Shown: one piece after another, positions 21,189-29,870 of the stretch
How the letters are laid out: each line of letters opens with the position of its first letter
Numbering within the stretch: position 1 is the first letter of the stretch
NCBI GenBank assembly: GCA_033852095.1
Contig: JAWSVD010000074.1
Location: 36,225-100,224 of the forward strand
Source: Granulosicoccaceae bacterium
GTDB taxonomy: Bacteria; Pseudomonadota; Gammaproteobacteria; CALCKW01
Direction of reading: 5' to 3'
Length of the DNA stretch: 64,000 bases
Position numbers and translations under genes: made by a program
Notes under the pieces: model-generated
Database searches by the model: none
What the model was told of the DNA's origin: nothing
What the model saw: only the letters and a program-made list of their open reading frames with translations

Positions 21189-21764
21189 ATGCTGAAAAAA
21201 ACGTTTTTTTCAATGACCGTTCTTGCGGCCTCGCTGCTGAGCGCAAACGCCCAAGCCGGGACCCTTGTCAAGATGAACACCTCTGCAGGCGAGATCATCA
21301 TTGAGCTGGAGGATGAAAAAGCCCCGGTGTCGGCTGCCAACTTTGCCAACTACGTGAAAGCTGGGTTTTACGACCAGACTATTTTTCACCGCGTGATACC
21401 AGGCTTCGTGATACAGGGCGGCGGTTTCACCGCGGATGACATTAGCCGCAAAACAACTGAAGCACCCATCGAAAATGAAGCGGACAACGGCCTGAAGAAC
21501 AGCCACTACAGCCTCTCCATGGCACGCACCTCCGACCCCAGCTCGGCGACTTCGCAGTTTTTTATCAACCTGCAAGACAACGCCTCGCTGGACCACACAG
21601 CAAAAGACTCACGCGGCTGGGGATACGCTGTATTTGGCCGCGTGATAGAAGGCCAAGAAGTAGTTGACCAGATCGCCACTGTCAAAACCGGCAGCGTCGC
21701 GGGCATGCGCGACGTGCCACTCAAACCCGTGCGCATTGAAAGCGCCACTCTTTTAGAAAAATAA
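21189..21764 (+). CDS. ppiA: Periplasmic cyclophilin-type peptidyl-prolyl isomerase
   Basis: The protein starts MLKKTFFSMTVLAASLLSANAQA, a signal peptide, and carries the cyclophilin core ([15 protein letters not shown]). I use the ATG at 21189, since the tracked ORF adds 20 codons of non-signal sequence. Confidence 0.8.
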   Translation: MLKKTFFSMTVLAASLLSANAQAGTLVKMNTSAGEIIIELEDEKAPVSAANFANYVKAGFYDQTIFHRVIPGFVIQGGGFTADDISRKTTEAPIENEADNGLKNSHYSLSMARTSDPSSATSQFFINLQDNASLDHTAKDSRGWGYAVFGRVIEGQEVVDQIATVKTGSVAGMRDVPLKPVRIESATLLEK

Positions 21765-21776
21765 GCGAGCTCAGCA

Positions 21777-22271
21777 ATGATCCGACTCAGTACCCGCCTC
21801 GGCGACATCCTCATCAAACTGCACGAAGACAAAGCGCCTGAAAGCTGCGCCAACTTCAAACAGTATGTGGAAGACGGCTTTTACGACGGCACAATATTCC
21901 ACCGCGTCATCCCTGGTTTCATGGTTCAGGGCGGCGGTTTTGAGCCCGGCATGTCACAGAAGTCCACACGTGCAAACATCCAAAACGAAGCCAACAACGG
22001 CCTGCAAAATATGCGCGGCACATTGGCAATGGCCCGCACCAACGAGCCTCACTCCGCCAGCTCGCAGTTTTTTGTCAACGTCGCCGACAACGCCTTTCTC
22101 AACCACAGTGCGCCCAATCCCGCGGGCTGGGGATACTGCGTATTTGCAGAAGTCGCCGAAGGCATGGACACGGTCGACGCCATCATCGGTCTGAGCACCG
22201 GATCTGCCGGCCACCACCAAGATGTGCCGGTAGAAGACATTTGCATCGACAAAGCCACAGTCGAAGGTTAA
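21777..22271 (+). CDS. ppiB: Cytoplasmic cyclophilin-type peptidyl-prolyl isomerase B
   Basis: The 164-aa protein has no signal peptide and carries [15 protein letters not shown]. It is adjacent to lpxH as in E. coli. Confidence 0.9.
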   Translation: MIRLSTRLGDILIKLHEDKAPESCANFKQYVEDGFYDGTIFHRVIPGFMVQGGGFEPGMSQKSTRANIQNEANNGLQNMRGTLAMARTNEPHSASSQFFVNVADNAFLNHSAPNPAGWGYCVFAEVAEGMDTVDAIIGLSTGSAGHHQDVPVEDICIDKATVEG

Positions 22272-22280
22272 TGACCCGAC

Positions 22281-23012
22281 GTGTTTGATGCACTCATTGC
22301 CGATTTACACTTAGAGGCCGGCGCGCCCGAGGAACTCGCACAAGCGATTGATTTTCTAGCCTGGGCGAAGGGGCGCTGCAAGCGCCTCTACATCCTCGGC
22401 GACCTCTTTGAATATTGGCTCGGAGACGACAGCCCCCTGCCGGGGCTGGCGCTCTTTGAACAAGCGCTGCGAGAACTCAGCACAGCGGGTTGCAGTGTCT
22501 GCATCATGCACGGCAATCGTGACTTTTTGCTTGGGGAGGCCTTTTGCCATAGCGTGGGCGCCACCTTGATACGAGAAGATGCCGTGACGATTACGCTCGG
22601 ACAGCGGCGCGCGCTGCTGCTGCACGGCGACACACTGTGCAGCGACGACAGCGACTACCAACAAGCGCGCAACATATTAAGAAGTCCCGGCTGGCAGCAG
22701 CAATTCCTGTCGCTGACTCCGCCCGAGCGACGGCTGCAGGCACAAGCCCTGAGGCAACAGAGCAAAGACAACAGCCGCCAGAAGTCCGAGCAAATCATGG
22801 ACGTCAACGCCACCACTGTCGACGCCGCGGCCGAACAATACGATGTAGACTTAATCATACACGGCCACACCCACAGACCCTGTTGGCACAAGGAGGGCAA
22901 CAGAGACAGAGTTGTAGTAGGGGATTGGCACAAAAATGGCGCTGAGGTAGCCCTTTACCACAATCAAACATTAGTACTGCAACACTGGCCATTTAAGCCC
23001 CCCCTGAACTAA
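22281..23012 (+). CDS. lpxH: UDP-2,3-diacylglucosamine diphosphatase LpxH
   Basis: The protein has a calcineurin-like metallophosphatase fold with LpxH motifs (FIADLHL, YILGDLFEYWLGDD, MHGNRDFLLG, LLHGDTLC). It starts at a GTG. Confidence 0.85.
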   Translation: MFDALIADLHLEAGAPEELAQAIDFLAWAKGRCKRLYILGDLFEYWLGDDSPLPGLALFEQALRELSTAGCSVCIMHGNRDFLLGEAFCHSVGATLIREDAVTITLGQRRALLLHGDTLCSDDSDYQQARNILRSPGWQQQFLSLTPPERRLQAQALRQQSKDNSRQKSEQIMDVNATTVDAAAEQYDVDLIIHGHTHRPCWHKEGNRDRVVVGDWHKNGAEVALYHNQTLVLQHWPFKPPLN

Positions 23013-23130
23013 AAAACTCCCCCGCGACTGCCTATACTTGCAGCAACCCTAAATCGTGGCAATTTCTCGGTCTGAGCGCCCCTCGCTCCAAGCCGATGCG
23101 CCATACTCAAGACTTGGACAGCTGCTTTAC

Positions 23131-24519
23131 ATGATAACCATTCACCAACAAACGACGGCGAGAAGAGTCTTTCTTTACACCGCAATTTTTTGCGTTTTTG
23201 TTGGCATCATCATCGGCACCGTTGCCCCCGCGCTGCTGGGCGTCGCCACGGATTTCGCCGGCCCACACCACGACGGCTACCTGCAGATAGCGAACATGCT
23301 GGCACAGGGAGAGGGCTTTCGCTTTGAGCCAGGTGGCGCCGCCGTGATGCACCGCCCACCGCTCTACCCAGCCTTGCTGATACCGATCACTTACTTGCCG
23401 GTGGCGCTGCAAAAGATGCTGGTCATCGCGCTCAACAGCATATTGGCCGGCATCTGCTGTACATTTCTCTACAAGCTGGCCCTTCGATTGTATGAAAAAC
23501 CCGCGGTGGGCTGGCTCGCCATTGCCCTCTACCTGATCAGCCCCTGGCTGTGGCGGCTGATCACCCTGCCCCACACCGCCCTGCTGCAATCCACCCTGTA
23601 TTTGGCTGTGGTCTATTGCATGGTGATCATGGTTTTTGGTCGCGGCAATCACCGCAGCCTGAGCCAGCAGGCTTTCCACCGTCACGCCATCGGCTTCGGC
23701 GCACTCAGCGGCCTGCTGTCACTCACGCATGGTATCGGATTTTTGATTTTTGCCGCCTGTGCTTTCGCCTTGCTGATAGCCGCGCTGCTGCCGCACCCCG
23801 ATGAACTGAGCAAGGGCAAACGCCTGCTGTCAATACTGCTCGCCAGCCTGCTGGGATCAGCGCTGATCGCACCCTGGACCCTGCGCAACATCGACACCTT
23901 CCCGATCACCATCCCGGTGACTACCGGCGCAAGTTTCAATTATTTTATGGGCGATCTCTACTGGGGGCTCGGCGATCATCCGATCGACAAATCCAAAACC
24001 CAGCGGGACAACGCCCTGATCGCAGGTGGCGTGGATGAGCCAGCCGAAGATGCCATGCAATACTGGGGCGTGATGGACCCGGCGCACGAGAAGATACTCT
24101 CTGAGAACATGAAAGCGCATGCATTGGCGAACCCGGGCTCTGTGATCCAGAAATCGGCGCTGGCGCTGGCTGAGAATTTCTTCCCAGCGGTGCATCAGGT
24201 GATCTGTCACCAGCGCCAGATGGTGAGCTGCGAACGTGAGACCTGGTACACCTCTGCGCACCGTTTTGGCATCAGTATCTACTACGGCTTTATCATCTTC
24301 TTTGCCCTGGTCTCCGTGCTCAAGCGACGCACCACCGGTGTCATCGCGCTGTTCCTGTTCTCATTGGGCGGGCTGCACATAGGCCCTTTTCTGCCGCTCG
24401 GGCAGTGGGCCCCGCATGGCATCTACGCACTGAGCGCCATCTTGTTGATCATGACCCTGGCGGCCGACGGCATCATTGGCGGCCGCATCGATTCGCAGAC
24501 TGAGCACATCGACCTCTGA
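23131..24519 (+). CDS. Polytopic membrane glycosyltransferase of the GT39/GT83 family (ArnT/PMT-like)
   Basis: The protein has at least 10 predicted TM helices. Its first periplasmic loop reads HHDGYLQIANMLAQGEGF...AVMHRPPLYPALL, typical of ArnT/PMT_2 undecaprenyl- or dolichyl-phosphate-sugar transferases. I prefer the ATG at 23131 (MITIHQQ...). Confidence 0.55.
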   Translation: MITIHQQTTARRVFLYTAIFCVFVGIIIGTVAPALLGVATDFAGPHHDGYLQIANMLAQGEGFRFEPGGAAVMHRPPLYPALLIPITYLPVALQKMLVIALNSILAGICCTFLYKLALRLYEKPAVGWLAIALYLISPWLWRLITLPHTALLQSTLYLAVVYCMVIMVFGRGNHRSLSQQAFHRHAIGFGALSGLLSLTHGIGFLIFAACAFALLIAALLPHPDELSKGKRLLSILLASLLGSALIAPWTLRNIDTFPITIPVTTGASFNYFMGDLYWGLGDHPIDKSKTQRDNALIAGGVDEPAEDAMQYWGVMDPAHEKILSENMKAHALANPGSVIQKSALALAENFFPAVHQVICHQRQMVSCERETWYTSAHRFGISIYYGFIIFFALVSVLKRRTTGVIALFLFSLGGLHIGPFLPLGQWAPHGIYALSAILLIMTLAADGIIGGRIDSQTEHIDL

Positions 24520-24567
24520 AGGCACGTGCCAGGCAGCGCAAACACTGACGGGCCACTGCCTTCTCGA

Positions 24568-25356
24568 CTACTTGAGTTCGGCTGCGAATTGAGCCTCGAG
24601 CTCACGCAAATCTGCCAACTCCTCGTCCGTAAAACCCGCCTGTTTACGGTACTTGTCGTTGAACGGGCCGCTGAGAAAGCCACGCGTGTGCTCCAGCAAT
24701 AATTGCCGGAATGTTGGCTGAGGCTCCAACGCGCGCAGCTCACACTGCTGCAAGAACCAGCGATTGCCAATGGCCACGTGCTCGACTTCCTCGTCGAGGA
24801 TAAGCGTCAAAATCCGCACCCCGTCTGTGTCACCCATGCCGCGCAGGCGCTCTATCATGCCCGGCGCTACATCAAGGCCTCGCGCCTCCAGCACCCGGGG
24901 CACCAAAGCCATGCGCACCATCACGTCGTGGTCTGTGCGCAGCGCCATCTCCCAGAGATTATTGTGCGCGGTATTGTCACCGTACGCCGCGCCCAGCGAC
25001 TGCAAATGCGCGCACAGCAACTCAAAATGCCGCGCCTCATCGGCGGCCACTTGAATCCAGTCACGCGCAAATTCAGCCGGCATTTCTGCGGCAAAGCGAT
25101 ACACCGCGTCCAAGCCCAAATTGATGGCGTTGAATTCGATGTGAGCGAGGGCATGGTAGAAGGCTACTTGACCGCGCTTGCTGCCCAGCCCACGACGGGG
25201 CACATCGCGGGGGTGAACCAGGGCCGGGTGATCTGGTCTGCCGGGTATGTCGATGCGGACGGGCTCGAAGCCCTCGTCCGTCGGCAACTCATCCGCCGCG
25301 TATTGGCGATACAAAGCCTGCACCGCCCTGACCTTTTCCTGCGGGCTATCGGTCAT
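24568..25356 (-). CDS. Ferritin-like protein of the DUF455 family
   Basis: The 262-aa protein from the ATG at 25356 (MTDSPQEKVRAVQALYRQ...) has EARH/EVEH-type diiron-ligand spacing (AADEARHFELL, LDEEVEHVAIG). The 5' 100 codons of the tracked ORF are an artefact of overlap with recO. Confidence 0.55.
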   Translation of the reverse strand: MTDSPQEKVRAVQALYRQYAADELPTDEGFEPVRIDIPGRPDHPALVHPRDVPRRGLGSKRGQVAFYHALAHIEFNAINLGLDAVYRFAAEMPAEFARDWIQVAADEARHFELLCAHLQSLGAAYGDNTAHNNLWEMALRTDHDVMVRMALVPRVLEARGLDVAPGMIERLRGMGDTDGVRILTLILDEEVEHVAIGNRWFLQQCELRALEPQPTFRQLLLEHTRGFLSGPFNDKYRKQAGFTDEELADLRELEAQFAAELK

Positions 25357-25391
25357 CAGCGCGGCATAGGCGCACGCTTGTAATTTAGTAC

Positions 25392-26117
25392 TCACACAAT
25401 CCCCTGGGGTGTAGCCGGTCCACGCAATAGCTCTCGGCTTCTTAGCGCACGGCCGCCGAGGTGCAGGTCCACAAAATAACGCAGCACGCGCTTGGCCTGT
25501 GGCAGCGCAGCCAGCTCTTGCGGTTCTCCGCGGGCAAGCGCCAACAGCGTACTGCCGTCGATCCGCGCGGCACCTGTACTCAGCGTTGAAGCGGCGACAG
25601 GGCCGTCCACGCAGAGCCCGTACTGACGCTCGGCCAGCACGGCATCGCCGCTGCTGCATTCACGCGCCCAACTGGGCGCAACACCCATGGCCTCCAGCAG
25701 GCTGAGCTCAAAACGGCGCAACAAAGGGCCCAGCGCGTGATGTGTAGACAGCGCTTCAATGGCGTGGCTGTAATAGGCGAATAGCTCTTCTGCTGGCTCT
25801 TCCCGAGGCAGCAAATGCACAACCAACTCGTTCAGATAGAGACCGCAGGCCAAGCGCTCGCCGGCCAGACGGCGCAGCGCACCCGCCTCCTCCACAGCCG
25901 TCAGCGTGTACAGCTCACCGCGCCCCATGTAGCTGAGCAACAGTGGGGTGAAAGGCTGCAACAAACGCCGCTGAAGCGCCTTGCCCTTGCGCGCACCTTT
26001 AGCAACCATCGACACCCGACCACCTTCAAGCGTCAGGCAGTCGACCAGTAAACTGGTCTCGCGGTAGGCGCGCGCGTGCAAGACAAAACCTCGCTGCAGA
26101 GCCGCACGTGAAGACAT
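25392..26117 (-). CDS. recO: DNA repair protein RecO
   Basis: The 241-aa protein starts ..RGFVLHARAYRETSLLVDCLTLEGGRVSMVAKGARK, the RecO N-terminal OB fold. It lies in the rnc-era-recO operon. Confidence 0.9.
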   Translation of the reverse strand: MSSRAALQRGFVLHARAYRETSLLVDCLTLEGGRVSMVAKGARKGKALQRRLLQPFTPLLLSYMGRGELYTLTAVEEAGALRRLAGERLACGLYLNELVVHLLPREEPAEELFAYYSHAIEALSTHHALGPLLRRFELSLLEAMGVAPSWARECSSGDAVLAERQYGLCVDGPVAASTLSTGAARIDGSTLLALARGEPQELAALPQAKRVLRYFVDLHLGGRALRSRELLRGPATPQGIV

Positions 26118-27007
26118 CAGTCGCTCTGAAAGCCCAGCGCCTGCAGCGCACGCGCGTCATCCGACCAATCTTTGCGCACCTTGACCCAAAGCTCCAAGAA
26201 GACAGGCACACCGAACAAATCGCGCATGTTCTCGCGCGAGCGCCGGCCAACTTCTTTCAGCTTCTCGCCGCGTTGACCAATGACAATCCCCTTCTGGCTG
26301 TCGCGCTCCACCCAAATCGCAGCGGAGATACGGTAGCCCGTCGGCTCGTGGTCAAAGCGCTCTATCTCCACCGTCAATGCGTATGGCAGCTCTTCATTGA
26401 GGTGCCGCGTGAGCTGCTCCCGCACAAATTCGGCGGCAAGAAAGCGTTCGTTTTTGTCGGTCAACTCATCGGCTTCGTAAATGTGTTCGCCCTTGGGAAG
26501 AAAACCGGCAACCAAGCTTTCCAGCAGCTCCAATCCCTCGCCGGTCTTAGCCGAAATAGGCACGATATGCCGTATTTTCTCTGACTGTGGCAGGCTTTGC
26601 AGATAGGGCAGCATGCGCTTTTTTTTCGTCACGCCGTCCACTTTGTTGATCGCCAGTATCAGGGGCTGATCCGAGCGCAAGGCCGCTTCATAAGCGAGCT
26701 GATCGTCCTCGGTCCACTGCAGCGCCTGCACCAACAGTACAACCACATCCGCATCCAGCAAAGAGCCCCGCGCCGTTCGGTTCAGCACGCGATTGAGCGC
26801 GCGCTTGCCGCCGCCGTGCAAGCCGGGCGTGTCGAGGTAAATAAACTGATCATCGCCCTTGGTCGAAATCCCACGAATGGCATGCCGCGTAGTCTGCGGC
26901 CGGTGCGCGGTGATCGCGATCTTCTCGCCAACCAGACGGTTGAGTAAGGTGGACTTGCCCATATTGGGGCGCCCTACCAGCGCCACCGTGCCGCAACGAC
27001 TGCTCAT
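26117..27007 (-). CDS. era: GTPase Era
   Basis: The protein has G1 (GRPNMGKST), DTPG and a C-terminal KH domain. Its start overlaps the rnc stop. Confidence 0.95.
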   Translation of the reverse strand: MSSRCGTVALVGRPNMGKSTLLNRLVGEKIAITAHRPQTTRHAIRGISTKGDDQFIYLDTPGLHGGGKRALNRVLNRTARGSLLDADVVVLLVQALQWTEDDQLAYEAALRSDQPLILAINKVDGVTKKKRMLPYLQSLPQSEKIRHIVPISAKTGEGLELLESLVAGFLPKGEHIYEADELTDKNERFLAAEFVREQLTRHLNEELPYALTVEIERFDHEPTGYRISAAIWVERDSQKGIVIGQRGEKLKEVGRRSRENMRDLFGVPVFLELWVKVRKDWSDDARALQALGFQSD

Positions 27008-27696
27008 GATTGTTTCCCGCTGTTGTTGTTCAGGGCCTGCAGCATCGCCGCCGCCGCTATTTGTTCCGCCCGCCGGCGGCTGCTGCTTTCGCCCGTGCTG
27101 CTGATCTGCTCATCAAGCAAGGAGCACAGCACGGTGAAGCTTTGCTCGTGAGGCTTACCGGCAACACCTTTGAGCTCGTACTGCGGCAAGGGACGACCGC
27201 GCCCTTGCAGCCGCTCCTGCAGCCGTGTCTTGGGGTCTTTGAGCTCATCTATTGCGGGCAGGTTTTCCAACCGCGACTGATAGAGCCCTAGCACGACACG
27301 CTGGCAGGCAGCAAAGCCATCGTCTAAATAGACAGCGCCCAACAGTGCTTCGACGGCATCGGCCTGAATAGAACCGCGCTGAAAACCGCCGCTGCGCAGC
27401 TCGCCCTCGCCCATGGTCAATTGGTCGGCCAGGGCCAACTCAAGGGCGATTTCAGCTAAGGTCTGGCCGCGAACCAACGTGGCGCGCAGACGGCTCAGAT
27501 CCCCCTCGGAGAGCTCGGGTCTGCGGCGAAAGAGCTCGGCGGCGATGATGAAATTGAGCGCCCCATCACCTAAAAATTCTAGGCGCTCATTGTTCTGACC
27601 TACCGCACTGCGGTGGGTCAGCGCTAGGGCGAGCAGCTGTTCATTTTTGAATAAGTGGCCGAGGCGCTCGGCGAGGGCGAGATGCGGATTTTTCAT
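27004..27696 (-). CDS. rnc: Ribonuclease III
   Basis: The protein carries the ERLEFLGDGAL signature and a C-terminal dsRBD. Confidence 0.95.
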   Translation of the reverse strand: MKNPHLALAERLGHLFKNEQLLALALTHRSAVGQNNERLEFLGDGALNFIIAAELFRRRPELSEGDLSRLRATLVRGQTLAEIALELALADQLTMGEGELRSGGFQRGSIQADAVEALLGAVYLDDGFAACQRVVLGLYQSRLENLPAIDELKDPKTRLQERLQGRGRPLPQYELKGVAGKPHEQSFTVLCSLLDEQISSTGESSSRRRAEQIAAAAMLQALNNNSGKQS

Positions 27697-27792
27697 AGGG
27701 CCGAAGTCTAACGCTTTAGCCCCTTCAATTCGACGTCAGCGAGCAATTAGTCGAACAAATAACCAAACAAACGTTTGATCGCAGGCCGATGC

Positions 27793-28143
27793 TCAAGCAC
27801 TGCCGCTGAATTGAATAACAAAATTGACGTTGCGAAACAACGGGCGCTTGACTTCGTAGTCGTAACTCACCGTCCGGTGCGAGCCCATGCCCTGAACTTT
27901 TATTATTTCTTTGGCGTCGAAAGACCTCAATTCATTTTGCTTGAATTGTTGCTGCAACCACTTATAGGTGCGTGCCGGGGACGCGCTTCTAAGCTCCCGT
28001 ATCGCACTCGCTTCGACAATCAGCTCCCCCACGATCCTGTGCTGAATAAACACCGGCGCCACACCGATGACGATCCATAGCACCATCAGCACCGCAGCGG
28101 CGGAGACAAGCCTCATACCCAGCCCACTAAAAATTCCAATCAT
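27793..28143 (-). CDS. DUF4845-family small membrane protein, paralog 1
   Basis: The roughly 116-aa protein has an N-terminal TM helix. Its C-terminal region (..SYDYEVKRPLFRNVNFVIQF) is homologous to paralog 2. This is the usual lepB-rnc spacer gene (as in Pseudomonas PA0769). Confidence 0.55.
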   Translation of the reverse strand: MIGIFSGLGMRLVSAAAVLMVLWIVIGVAPVFIQHRIVGELIVEASAIRELRSASPARTYKWLQQQFKQNELRSFDAKEIIKVQGMGSHRTVSYDYEVKRPLFRNVNFVIQFSGSA

Positions 28144-28329
28144 GCCGCTCTCACTGAAAATCTACACAGGTCTTCGAGATTTCGTCGAAGGCTCGGGATA
28201 ATTAAGGTCATGTACAGGCAATTACGGCCAGCAATACCAGCGGACTGTTACAAAATATTTATTTCTGTTTCCGCGCACAAAAAACCAGCTCCGCATCTAA
28301 CAGAGAAACCAATGTGACGGTGTATTGTC

Positions 28330-28400
28330 GCGGCCGGCTAGGTGCGGCCGGCTAGGTGTGGGCAGCCAGGTACAGGCGGCCAAGTGCGACCCGCAGCTGT
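28330..28400. repeat. Degenerate 14-nt tandem repeat of about 5 units
   Basis: The units are GCGGCCGGCTAGGT, GCGGCCGGCTAGGT, GTGGGCAGCCAGGT, ACAGGCGGCCAAGT and GCGACCCGCAGCTGT. They lie in the 470-bp spacer between the two DUF4845 genes. Confidence 0.7.
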
Positions 28401-28612
28401 AACAGCAAGAAGCAAGCGCTGGCGATGCAACAACATCAAGGTACCAACAGGTACACAAGACCGATTCGCAATCAGCCAGAAATCTTATATGGGGGGTAAC
28501 GTGGGGTGCGCACGTGGCGCGCGGACTCAGGCACAACTGCTCACAGCGGTGATTGACATGGCCGCCACGCGCTGCAACAACCGCAGCACAGCGCAGCCAG
28601 CACGTGCCGGTC

Positions 28613-28966
28613 TTAAACCTGGTCGTTGAAGTCCATCAGCAGATCAATGTTAAAAAACAAAGGCTTACGAACCTCGTATTGCAACTTAATCTGCCGATTG
28701 GATCCATTCCCCGTCACCTGGATAATGTCCCGAGGGTCCAAATCCCACAGATTATTGGTCTTAAAAGAGCGGTTAAACCAGGTGTAGACCTTCGATTTAT
28801 CCGCGCCGGCCAATTTTGCATTGACCCGAGCTTCAGCGACCAGCTGCTTGACCTGATGATACTCAACAAAAGCAGGCGACACCGCCACTGCCACAAACAG
28901 CACCAGCCCTCCGGCAAAGACGCCGAGCATCCCTAAAAAGGACACACCGCCCGATTGATTATGCAT
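28613..28966 (-). CDS. DUF4845-family small membrane protein, paralog 2
   Basis: From the ATG at 28966 the protein reads MHNQSGGVSFLGMLGVFAGGLVLFVAVAV..., with a TM helix and a C-terminus ..QYEVRKPLFFNIDLLMDF. It lies immediately downstream of lepB. Confidence 0.55.
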   Translation of the reverse strand: MHNQSGGVSFLGMLGVFAGGLVLFVAVAVSPAFVEYHQVKQLVAEARVNAKLAGADKSKVYTWFNRSFKTNNLWDLDPRDIIQVTGNGSNRQIKLQYEVRKPLFFNIDLLMDFNDQV

Positions 28967-28985
28967 CACCTGCTCCTGATATTTG

Positions 28986-29828
28986 TCACTGAATTCGATT
29001 ACCGATCCGCCCCCAATCCATATCAAAATCCAGGCCACTGTGGTGACGCACGTTCAGCCAGATGAAAAATGCACGGCCCACGAGGTTCGCTTCAGGCACC
29101 ACACCCCAGTAACGGCTGTCATTCGAGTTATCCCGATTGTCCCCCATCATGTAGTAGTGACCAGCTGGCACGGTGAAGTTCTGAGTGTACTGCCGGGTGC
29201 CCGCAAGGCTCTCATAAGCACGCTTAGACTTTAAGATGGTGTGTTTGACCCCACCGAGGTCTTCGCTGAACTGCATGGTTGCGGTGCGGGTATCGGGCCC
29301 TGTGTATTCGCCCTCGGGCACTTCCGCCACCAACTCACCGTTGATATACAAGCGCTGATTAGCGTATTTGATGGTATCGCCTGGAAGCCCCACCACACGC
29401 TTGATGTAGTCTATTTTGGGGTTGTCGGGAAAGCGAAACACCGCTACATCGCCGCGCTCGGGGGATCCTAGATCGAGAATTTTCTTGTGGCCAATAGGCA
29501 GGCGCAGCCCATAAGCCGATTTATTCACCAGAATAAAATCCCCTACCATCAAGGTGGACATCATCGACCCACTGGGAATACGAAAGGGCTCGACGATGAA
29601 AGAACGCAGCACCAGCACAAAAAGCAGCACGGGGAAAAACGAGCGCGCATTTTCTACCCACCAGGGCTCCAGCGCAGCCTCGACATCGCCCTTTGCCGTG
29701 CCCTCAGTAGAGGCGATTCTCTCCGCCTTCATGGAGCGCTCACCGGCGTACATCATCTTGTCCAGCAACCAGACAAAGCCAGAAATCCCCGTCGCACAGA
29801 CCAAGAGCCAAGCCAGATTAAAATTCAT
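28986..29828 (-). CDS. lepB: Signal peptidase I
   Basis: The protein has SPase I boxes (PSGSMMSTL with the catalytic Ser, and VKRVVGLPGD). I prefer the ATG at 29828 (MNFNLAWLLV), which has an AGGA Shine-Dalgarno 5 nt upstream. Confidence 0.9.
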   Translation of the reverse strand: MNFNLAWLLVCATGISGFVWLLDKMMYAGERSMKAERIASTEGTAKGDVEAALEPWWVENARSFFPVLLFVLVLRSFIVEPFRIPSGSMMSTLMVGDFILVNKSAYGLRLPIGHKKILDLGSPERGDVAVFRFPDNPKIDYIKRVVGLPGDTIKYANQRLYINGELVAEVPEGEYTGPDTRTATMQFSEDLGGVKHTILKSKRAYESLAGTRQYTQNFTVPAGHYYMMGDNRDNSNDSRYWGVVPEANLVGRAFFIWLNVRHHSGLDFDMDWGRIGNRIQ

Positions 29829-29870
29829 ATCCATCCTTTTTATGCCCTGAGTAGTCAGGAGCATTCGTCA

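Noticed and set aside
28330-28400. A CRISPR array or similar, suggested by the tandem repeats here and at 55078-55119 and 61242-61567
   Set aside because: The units are 14 nt with no spacers, or only 4 dispersed degenerate copies. There are no cas genes. That is far below CRISPR repeat length and regularity.
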